From: Lachnospiraceae bacterium
Lineage (GTDB): Bacteria > Bacillota > Clostridia > Lachnospirales > Lachnospiraceae
Assembly (NCBI GenBank): GCA_004552595.1
Contig: SFNX01000005.1
Span: forward strand, 47,496 to 111,495
DNA: 64,000 nucleotides
Reading direction: 5' to 3'
Position 1 is the stretch's first letter. Every line of letters starts with the position of its first letter. The position numbers were made by a program, and so were the translations under genes. This document shows positions 56,872 through 64,000 of this stretch, in pieces. The notes under the pieces were generated by a model. It was not told the origin of the DNA, made no database searches, and was given only the letters and a program-made list of their open reading frames with translations.

Positions 56872-58257
56872 CTATTCGCTATAGTTATTTATAAACTCAT
56901 CATTCTTTGCAATTTCATTTGTTATGGCCATACGAGAAGGTCCACCGGTAGTAATTCTCTTTTCTACACATGTTTCAAGACTGATTTCATCGTATACATC
57001 CATATCAAACATATCGCAAATTGATTTAAGTTCTAAAAGTTTTAGCTCATGTATTGCCTTATTATTTTCTATACAGTAAAGAACAAGTCTTCCGATTACA
57101 GCATGTGCATCTCTAAACGGCATACCCTTTTTAACAAGGTAATCTGCAGCATCGGTTGCATTTGTAAAGCCGTTCATGGCACTCTTTTCCATAACTTCTT
57201 TATTAAACTTAATTGTTGCAATCATGCCTGTGAATAAGTGAATGCAGTTATTTACTGTATCAAATGCATCAAAGCTTAATTCCTTATCTTCCTGCATATC
57301 TTTATTATATGCAAGCGGAATTCCCTTCATTGTAGTAAGAAGACTCATCAAAGCACCGTATACACGACCGGTCTTTCCTCTTATCAGCTCAGCAATGTCA
57401 GGGTTCTTTTTCTGTGGCATAATTGAACTTCCTGTAGAAAAAGTGTCATCTATTTCGACAAATCTGTATTCATTTGAATTAAATATTATGATTTCCTCAC
57501 AAAATCTTGATAAGTGCATCATAATAATTGAAAGAGCTGACAGATATTCTATTAAATAATCCCTGTCAGACACCGAATCCATGCTATTAGCGGTAGGTGC
57601 CAAAAATCCAAGATTTTCTGCTACAAATTCTCTGTCAAGAGGATATGTAGTACCTGCAAGTGCTCCTGCGCCAAGCGGACAGTAATTCATTCGCTCATAT
57701 ATATCTGTAAGACGTAACACATCCCGCTTAAACATTTCAAAATATGCTCCAAAATGATGTGCCAGCGTTACAGGCTGTGCTTTCTGAAGATGTGTAAAAC
57801 CGGGCATATATGTGTCAATATTTTCTTTCATTACATTATTTATTTCTGATAATAATGTAATAAGTAAAGACTTTGTCTTTAGAACGGTATCCCTTGTATA
57901 AAGTCTCATATCAAGAGCAACCTGATCATTTCTGCTTCTTCCGGTATGAAGCTTCTTACCTGCATCACCTATTCTTTCAATAAGGTTAGCCTCAACAAAG
58001 CTGTGAACATCTTCATATTCTTCTGTAATTAATATGTTTCCGGATTTTACATCAGATAGGATACTATTTAAGCCGTTGATTATTGAATCTTTGTCTGCGT
58101 CAGAAATAATATTCTGCTTTGCAAGCATTTTGGCATGTACAATACTGCCCTTAATATCAACATCAATAAGTCTTTTATCAAAATTGATTGATGCGTTGAA
58201 AGCATATACTTCCTTATCAGTTTCCTTTGTAAATCTGCCACCCCAAAGCTGTGCCAT
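56872..58257 (-). CDS. argH: Argininosuccinate lyase
   Basis: 461 aa. WGGRF N-terminus and the fumarate-lyase signature GSSIMPQKKNPD. Confidence 0.93.
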   Translation of the reverse strand: MAQLWGGRFTKETDKEVYAFNASINFDKRLIDVDIKGSIVHAKMLAKQNIISDADKDSIINGLNSILSDVKSGNILITEEYEDVHSFVEANLIERIGDAGKKLHTGRSRNDQVALDMRLYTRDTVLKTKSLLITLLSEINNVMKENIDTYMPGFTHLQKAQPVTLAHHFGAYFEMFKRDVLRLTDIYERMNYCPLGAGALAGTTYPLDREFVAENLGFLAPTANSMDSVSDRDYLIEYLSALSIIMMHLSRFCEEIIIFNSNEYRFVEIDDTFSTGSSIMPQKKNPDIAELIRGKTGRVYGALMSLLTTMKGIPLAYNKDMQEDKELSFDAFDTVNNCIHLFTGMIATIKFNKEVMEKSAMNGFTNATDAADYLVKKGMPFRDAHAVIGRLVLYCIENNKAIHELKLLELKSICDMFDMDVYDEISLETCVEKRITTGGPSRMAITNEIAKNDEFINNYSE

Positions 58258-58300
58258 TTTTTCCTCTTTCTCAATTTGATATGATAATTTGAAAATAAAA

Positions 58301-58373
<73 letters not shown>

Positions 58374-58443
58374 ATTTCGTTCTTATGATTAAGAACGAAG
58401 AAACCGTAAGCAATTACGATAATATATAATAACCTAAATCCTA

Positions 58444-60468
58444 TTAAAAATCAAAGTCATCTTTATCGCTACTGTCAAAATCAAAATCAACAGGTTTTTT
58501 ATTCGAAGGAGCAGGTCCCTTAAGTGGATTAGGAAGCGGCTCACCCGGTTTTATTTTATCAAGTGGCTTTGATTCTTTCTTTCTGAATATAAAGCCTTCC
58601 GGCTTTACAGGTTCTTTTATTGGTTCACTTTCCTTAATGTCTGTTTTGTCAGATAGATTAATACTTAAATCAGATTCCTTAGAATGGTTTTCACTCTGCT
58701 TATTAGAATCATTTTCACTCTGTTCATTTAAGTAATCATCTGCAAGAACAGGTTTTACAACATCAACAGGTCTTGTTGCCGGAATTGTCTTAACTTCATG
58801 AACAGGTTTAACTAAAATCTTCTCATCAGGCTCATCAAAGTATTCAACGTCCTGACTTTTGAAGTCATATTCGCCTTCTTCGTTAATTCCGGTCTTAATA
58901 ACTGTGGCGGCAATTGGACTGTTTGCACGATTAGCTCTTTCTTCAAGCTTAATCTGTCTGTAAAGATCTTCATCTTCACCGATAAATATAAGAGCTCTTG
59001 CCCTTCTTAAATAAATATCATTTTCTTCTTTGTCTTCTTCTTTTTCTTCTGATGATTCGCTTTCTTCTACAAGCATATTCTCTTGTCTTATTGCTTCATT
59101 TGTCAGCATAAGCGCAACGTTCGGGTGATGGTTAAAATACATATAATACGATGTAGTTGACCCAATAATAATAAGCACGGTAATGAAATACAAATAACTG
59201 ACATCATTCATGCCACCAAGAAGCTGACCAAAGAAAAGTGCAATCATAACAGAATATAACGGTAATATTTTGTCATAGGTTACACGAATTATGTAAACTA
59301 TACACAGTACGCATAAAATAAGAACAAAAAGGTAAATAAACTGATCAAGTACATTAAGCCAGAGTGCCTGATCTGAGGATACTACACCTCCATTTGCATT
59401 TGATAAAAAATACGAATTATCATCAAGGAACTTATTCGGATTATTAAGTCTTGCAGTCACAGTACTAAACATACTTGATAAACTGAATTCCGCTTCGTTT
59501 ACTCTTATTACAGATGGTACAAAGCACAATAAATAGCCTTTTAGAGTATCAAAAAAGCTGACACCTATCATAAGTGATTTTAAAATCAGAGATATTATTA
59601 CTTCTATTATTGAAATAATAAGCGGAATTACCGACGTAATTACGTTTTGTCTTTTTGCTGAAAATACCCAGATAGTTAAAGTAATAAAACCAAGTAATAT
59701 AACAGGTTCTGAGCTTATTGCTATTCCTGAAAATACTCCGCATAAAAGTGCAACAACCCTTGCAAAAGCAGGCTTTCTAAAACGTTTATAAATCAAAAGC
59801 AAATATAAATACAACGAGACAGAGAATGCAGCCGATACAAATAATTCCGAATTATATGAATATACAAGGTATCCGTTGTTAGGCATAAAGAGCATTATAA
59901 GCAATGCAAGAACCGAGCAGGCCTCCGTAGATATCAATCTTACGGATAAAAATACAAAAAGTGCAGAAACTATCAGCATTGAAATATTTACTACAATATA
60001 TACTCCTTCATTAAGCCCTGCCAATGAAAAAATATTAGAAAGAAAATAAGCATATACAAAATCTGCCGGATAAGCAATGATATGCGAAAAAACATTTTTA
60101 GCCTGGTCAAGCTGACCGTTAACGATATATCTGGCTGAATTGTACAGAGGTGATTCACTTGGTGAAACGGATGAAGTATATCGTAATCTTAAAAAAACAA
60201 ACAATGCAAATAAGCCGATAACACCGATAACCTTTAACACTGAAAGTATAGGTGATACCTCTGAGTTATTTTTAAATGTCAGAATTCTAACAAAAAGCGT
60301 AATAAAAATAAACACTAAAATCAGGACAACTCCATAGATTATTACGTTGAAGAATCCATTATTTTGTGTAAGTATCTGCTCATATACGGTAATAAATGTA
60401 ATATAAGCAAGTATTAACATTGATATTACAACATTTATCAGAAATGTCGCATTCTTCTTAGTATGCAT
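58444..60468 (-). CDS. Large polytopic membrane protein with acidic disordered C-terminal tail (function unknown)
   Basis: 674 aa. At least 10 hydrophobic helices in residues 1-450. The C-terminal 220 aa or so are Glu/Asp/Ser/Lys-rich with short repeats (SENDSNKQSENHSKESD). Overlaps the upstream gene by 11 nt. Confidence 0.75.
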   Translation of the reverse strand: MHTKKNATFLINVVISMLILAYITFITVYEQILTQNNGFFNVIIYGVVLILVFIFITLFVRILTFKNNSEVSPILSVLKVIGVIGLFALFVFLRLRYTSSVSPSESPLYNSARYIVNGQLDQAKNVFSHIIAYPADFVYAYFLSNIFSLAGLNEGVYIVVNISMLIVSALFVFLSVRLISTEACSVLALLIMLFMPNNGYLVYSYNSELFVSAAFSVSLYLYLLLIYKRFRKPAFARVVALLCGVFSGIAISSEPVILLGFITLTIWVFSAKRQNVITSVIPLIISIIEVIISLILKSLMIGVSFFDTLKGYLLCFVPSVIRVNEAEFSLSSMFSTVTARLNNPNKFLDDNSYFLSNANGGVVSSDQALWLNVLDQFIYLFVLILCVLCIVYIIRVTYDKILPLYSVMIALFFGQLLGGMNDVSYLYFITVLIIIGSTTSYYMYFNHHPNVALMLTNEAIRQENMLVEESESSEEKEEDKEENDIYLRRARALIFIGEDEDLYRQIKLEERANRANSPIAATVIKTGINEEGEYDFKSQDVEYFDEPDEKILVKPVHEVKTIPATRPVDVVKPVLADDYLNEQSENDSNKQSENHSKESDLSINLSDKTDIKESEPIKEPVKPEGFIFRKKESKPLDKIKPGEPLPNPLKGPAPSNKKPVDFDFDSSDKDDFDF

Positions 60469-61222
60469 ATTTGCTCTTTAATTCTGAAACCATTTTGATG
60501 TATGTTTGTTTACATTCATCATAATTTTTATTCTCAATACACTTAATACAGTTAAGAATATAATTTCTGTATAAAGAATCATATACTTCCTTTGAATTAT
60601 CAAGTCTGTTGATTCGTTTAACAATTGTAGGCGCAACATTATAATACTGATGTATTATTTCCTCTCCGCCTTCTTCTTTTGCAAGTATATTGTCTCTGTA
60701 GTTACGTAACAAGCTTAATTCATAGCAGTTATCATCCTGATTTCTGCTTTCACATACAGCCGTAGTAACATAGCAAAGTTTACTCTTAAAGCCACCCTTA
60801 ATGTCGTTGTAACTTCCGTAGCTGATTGTAACTTCTGTAAATGTTTTATTCCATAAACTTACAATAGCTTCAACTAACGGTTTGCACCACTTTGCAGAAT
60901 ACTCAAGAATTGCCGGAAATACGTAAATTACAAGTGGTGTATTATGGTCTGTAACGTACGAATGCTTTTTACCCTTCTTAGTGAGTAAATCATATTCACC
61001 TTTAAATCTCTTAACAAATAGTGAGGCGAATTCATCACAATAATTCAATACGAAATCTTCAGGCTTTCCTTCAAGCTCTGAATTTATTTCTTCCAAAATA
61101 TCATTTATCGAAGCTGAATACTTCTTAAATGCCTGCTCATACAGATTTCTTTTGAAAAAAGGCATCTGTTCTTCAGCTGATTCATACATTCTAAGAAGCT
61201 TTTCATCGTAATTTGCAATCAT
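60458..61222 (-). CDS. Cys-motif protein of unknown function
   Basis: 254 aa from the ATG at 61222, 1 nt after the yebC stop, with GAGGAAG upstream. Conserved-looking block CYVTTAVCESRNQDDNCYELSLLRNYRD plus CIKC...EC. Confidence 0.7.
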   Translation of the reverse strand: MIANYDEKLLRMYESAEEQMPFFKRNLYEQAFKKYSASINDILEEINSELEGKPEDFVLNYCDEFASLFVKRFKGEYDLLTKKGKKHSYVTDHNTPLVIYVFPAILEYSAKWCKPLVEAIVSLWNKTFTEVTISYGSYNDIKGGFKSKLCYVTTAVCESRNQDDNCYELSLLRNYRDNILAKEEGGEEIIHQYYNVAPTIVKRINRLDNSKEVYDSLYRNYILNCIKCIENKNYDECKQTYIKMVSELKSKYAY

Positions 61223-61223
61223 T

Positions 61224-61958
61224 TTATTCTTCCTCTTCCCAGTTGGTATATACTGCCTGAACATCATCATCTTCATCTAAGAGATCAAGTGTTCTCTGAA
61301 GGCATTTAACCGCATCCGGATCAGTAAGTGATACATAATTCTGCGGTAATTTAGTTACCTCTGCGGAAGCCATTGTAATATTTGCATCTTCAAGTGCAGT
61401 TCTAACCTGTGAAAAGTCGTCCTTTGATGTAATAATTTCAAAGCTGTCTTCTTCTTCATTGAAATCTTCAGCGCCACCGTCAAGAGCAATCATCATAAGC
61501 TCGTCGGCATCCATGTAACATTCTTCTTTATCAATAATAATCTGTCCTTTTTCATCGAACATATATGACACACATCCCGGAGTTCCTACAGAGCCGCTTC
61601 CCTTTGTAAAAGCAGATCTTACATTTGCTGCAGTACGGTTTTTGTTGTCTGTAAGTGCATCTACAATGATTGCGATACCGTTTGGTCCATATCCTTCATA
61701 TGAAACAAATTCATAATTGACTGAGCCTAAATCTCCGGCTGCTTTTTTTATTCCTCTGTCAATTGTGTCGTTAGGCATATTATTTGCTTTTGCTTTTGCA
61801 ATAACATCACGCAGTCTTGAGTTATTATCAGGGTCCGGTCCGCCTTCCTTAACTGCAACGGCAATTTCTCTTCCGATAATAGTAAAAATCTTTCCTTTTG
61901 CAGCATCATTTTTTTCTTTTTTGTGTTTAATGTTTGCAAATTTTGAATGTCCTGACAT
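61224..61958 (-). CDS. yebC: YebC/PmpR-family transcriptional/translational regulator
   Basis: 244 aa. [26 protein letters not shown]-terminus is diagnostic. Confidence 0.92.
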   Translation of the reverse strand: MSGHSKFANIKHKKEKNDAAKGKIFTIIGREIAVAVKEGGPDPDNNSRLRDVIAKAKANNMPNDTIDRGIKKAAGDLGSVNYEFVSYEGYGPNGIAIIVDALTDNKNRTAANVRSAFTKGSGSVGTPGCVSYMFDEKGQIIIDKEECYMDADELMMIALDGGAEDFNEEEDSFEIITSKDDFSQVRTALEDANITMASAEVTKLPQNYVSLTDPDAVKCLQRTLDLLDEDDDVQAVYTNWEEEE

Positions 61959-62046
61959 ATTTCACCTCATAATATATTTTGAATAAAATTTAACCGAATT
62001 GGCTTTCTTTTTAAAAACACATCTATTTATTATACAATAACTATTA

Positions 62047-63171
62047 TTATTCGTAAACTCTGGGAACCCTCTTTGAGATTTCACACACAAGTTCATAGTT
62101 AAATCTTCCACTTATGTCTCCGACTTCTTCAGCAGTTATTGTCTTATCTTTTTGTGTACCGATTATCACTACTTCATCCAATACTTTAACGTCTTCAATT
62201 TTGGTTACATCAACCATAAACTGGTCCATACATACTCTGCCGACAATCGGGGCTTTCTGTCCGTGAATAAGTACATAGCCTTTATTTGAAAGTCCTCTTG
62301 GAATGCCGTCGGCATATCCACAAGGAATAGTTGCAATTACTGTATCATCTTTTGTTGTAAAAGTACCGCCGTAGCTTATTTCCCTTCCCTTATTTAACTT
62401 CTTAACAAAAGCTACGTGAGACACAAGCCTCATTAATGGGTAAAGCGGAATTGTATCTTTGCTGACCTCACTACTTGGCCATAATCCGTATAAAGTAATT
62501 CCTGCTCTTACCATGTTAAGATTTGCATCAGGAATTTCAAGTATTGACGCTGAATTTGATACATGGCAAATCGGAATATTAATGTTTAATTCTTTAAGCT
62601 TTTCATTAAATGTATTATAAAGCTTGATCTGTGCATTAGCTTTTGACTTGTCAGTTTCATCAGCCCTTGCAATATGTGTAAACAAGCCTTCAAGAATTAC
62701 ATATTCACTTGAATGGACCTTTTTAACAAAATCAATGCCTTCTTCACTGACCTGAATTCCAATTCTGCTCATTCCGGTATCAAGTTTAATGTGAACAGTA
62801 GCTTTCTTACCTATATTTGCGGCAGCTTCTTCAATGTCCTTTAACATTTCATCTGTAAATACTGTCAAGGTTACACCGTATTCAATAAGCTTTTCATAGT
62901 CTTCTTTAAAAGTATAGCCAAGAATCAATATCGGCTTTGTAATTCCTGCTTCCCTTAATTCAAAGCTTTCCTCTGCCGTTGCTACTGCAAAGCCGAAAAG
63001 ATACGGCAGATCTTTTAATTTATGAGCAATCTTAACTGCTCCGTGACCATATCCGTCGGCTTTTATTACAGCCATAATTTTTGTATTTTGACTTATAAGG
63101 CTTTTAAAGCCTTCCATATTCTTTAGCGCATTATCAAGATTAATATATGCACATATTCTTTTAGTACTCAT
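62047..63171 (-). CDS. alr: Alanine racemase
   Basis: 374 aa. PLP-lysine motif AVIKADGYGHG. C-terminal beta domain with YGG. Confidence 0.9.
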   Translation of the reverse strand: MSTKRICAYINLDNALKNMEGFKSLISQNTKIMAVIKADGYGHGAVKIAHKLKDLPYLFGFAVATAEESFELREAGITKPILILGYTFKEDYEKLIEYGVTLTVFTDEMLKDIEEAAANIGKKATVHIKLDTGMSRIGIQVSEEGIDFVKKVHSSEYVILEGLFTHIARADETDKSKANAQIKLYNTFNEKLKELNINIPICHVSNSASILEIPDANLNMVRAGITLYGLWPSSEVSKDTIPLYPLMRLVSHVAFVKKLNKGREISYGGTFTTKDDTVIATIPCGYADGIPRGLSNKGYVLIHGQKAPIVGRVCMDQFMVDVTKIEDVKVLDEVVIIGTQKDKTITAEEVGDISGRFNYELVCEISKRVPRVYE

Positions 63172-63172
63172 C

Positions 63173-63844
63173 TTATCTCTTTTCAGAATTATTATTTGAA
63201 TCTTGTGATTCTTTTTGTTTTTCGTTTACCCTGATAGTAGGCTCATATTTCATATCGAAAATATTCATGGCTTCATGTCCGAAAATATTATGCATATATG
63301 AATAAAAATCAGAATTGGCCATTTCCATTTCCTGTTTTTTTATTACTTTTTTCTTAAGCTCAATTCTTATTTCCTTAATCCAGTCTGCAATAACTTCGAT
63401 TTCCTCGGTATTTTCTGCTAATACGTTGTAACACAAGTCCATTGTTGCAACCATCAGTTCTTTATTAACTCTGTCAATCTCCCTTGGAAGCTCCATCATT
63501 TCATCTTCATATGAGTCAATCTTTTCATTTGCTTCAGAAATCAGTCTCTTATTGTCATCAAGCTTCTTATCTATAGATTTTTTATCCATATCGGAAGCAT
63601 TTTCATCCATATTCGAAACGATATCATTCATTAAATCTTTTTTTATTTTTTTAAGAGAATTTAAGTCGTTAGTGAGCTTTCCCTGTCTTTTTAATAACTC
63701 CTTAAGCTCCTTTTCCAAAGCATTTATTTCATTTGTAGTTCCTGCTTTTTGGCGCAAAATATACCATTTCTTGTCAAGAACAAGAATAGGTACCTTTACA
63801 CCGTTTAATGCCGTCTTAAATTTATCAAGGCGATTTTCAGACAT
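63173..63844 (-). CDS. Coiled-coil protein of unknown function
   Basis: 223 aa, Lys/Glu/Asp-rich heptad-like sequence. The ATG overlaps the rex stop, and the stop lies 1 nt before the alr ATG. Confidence 0.65.
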   Translation of the reverse strand: MSENRLDKFKTALNGVKVPILVLDKKWYILRQKAGTTNEINALEKELKELLKRQGKLTNDLNSLKKIKKDLMNDIVSNMDENASDMDKKSIDKKLDDNKRLISEANEKIDSYEDEMMELPREIDRVNKELMVATMDLCYNVLAENTEEIEVIADWIKEIRIELKKKVIKKQEMEMANSDFYSYMHNIFGHEAMNIFDMKYEPTIRVNEKQKESQDSNNNSEKR

Positions 63845-64000
63845 TAATGTTTATTCCCCTGACTGTTCAAATCATAAGAAAGCTTCATAAGGCTTTCGGA
63901 TAAATGTACGTTTTCAACGACTATTCCTTCAGGAACATTTAAATCAACATGAGCAAAGTTCCAAATGGCTTTTATTCCACAGTTTACAAGTTCATCCGCA
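63844..64000 (-). CDS. rex: Redox-sensing repressor Rex (C-terminal fragment; gene continues beyond the window)
   Basis: Translation of the - strand gives ADELVNCGIKAIWNFAHVDLNVPEGIVVENVHLSESLMKLSYDL, matching the Rex C-terminus (GI+xIxNFAP..L.VP..V.VxNVDL). Confidence 0.7.
   Translation of the reverse strand, partial: ADELVNCGIKAIWNFAHVDLNVPEGIVVENVHLSESLMKLSYDLNSQGNKH

Noticed and set aside
58374-58443. Hairpin TTCGTTCTTA-ATCA-TAAGAACGAA immediately upstream of the tRNA-Thr on the - strand, considered as a terminator or small RNA
   Set aside because: No U-tract follows it; it runs straight into the tRNA 5' end. It could be a processing or terminator-like element for the membrane-protein gene, but sequence alone does not support a call.
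58650-58745. Short direct DNA repeats (gaatggttttcactctgcttatt / gaatcattttcactctgttcatt)
   Set aside because: They encode the repeated SEN(D/H)S-K-type acidic tail of the 674-aa membrane protein. This is coding low complexity rather than an independent element.

Overview
Chromosomal window from a low-GC Bacillota genome. Gene order looks Clostridia/Lachnospiraceae-like: mreBCD-PBP2-minC-rodA-mgsA, rplU-prp-rpmA-obg, and LexA boxes of the CGAAC-N4-GTTCG type. I support 62 protein-coding genes, one of them partial at the right edge, plus one tRNA-Thr(CGU). Packing is tight, with many start/stop overlaps. The large-scale layout is striking: 31 genes on the + strand (101-34775) converge on 31 genes plus the tRNA on the - strand (34854-64000). 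The only exception is one SOS-controlled LysM gene. This is the pattern expected around a replication terminus.

Content is overwhelmingly core housekeeping:
- histidine genes hisZGD-IE
- mutS-mutL-miaA
- cell-shape and division genes
- ylmE-sepF, aroB, lexA
- ribosomal protein L21/Prp/L27 and obg-nadD-yqeK-rsfS
- ilvBNC, cstA, topB, asd, argH, yebC, alr, rex

I see no CRISPR array, IS element, prophage or recognisable canonical defence system. I cannot claim a definite new system.

The best candidates for undescribed biology are conserved modules of unknown function embedded in the core:
1. A self-contained, apparently highly expressed GGGtGRT-motif protein plus NifU/IscU-like protein bicistron (48.1-49.8 kb).
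2. A DUF234-type ATPase with a destroyed Walker A, whose stop directly abuts the topoisomerase III start (50.6-54.0 kb).
3. A radical SAM / radical-SAM-linked protein / short RNase E/G trio fused into the mutSL operon (6.8-10.5 kb).
4. A catalytically degenerate HisA/HisF half-barrel fused to HisIE (4.7-5.8 kb).
5. A membrane-anchored histone-H1-like Ala/Lys/Thr repeat protein directly upstream of ilvB (46.9-47.9 kb).

All function calls come from motif recognition by eye. No database search was run, and family accessions are quoted from memory.
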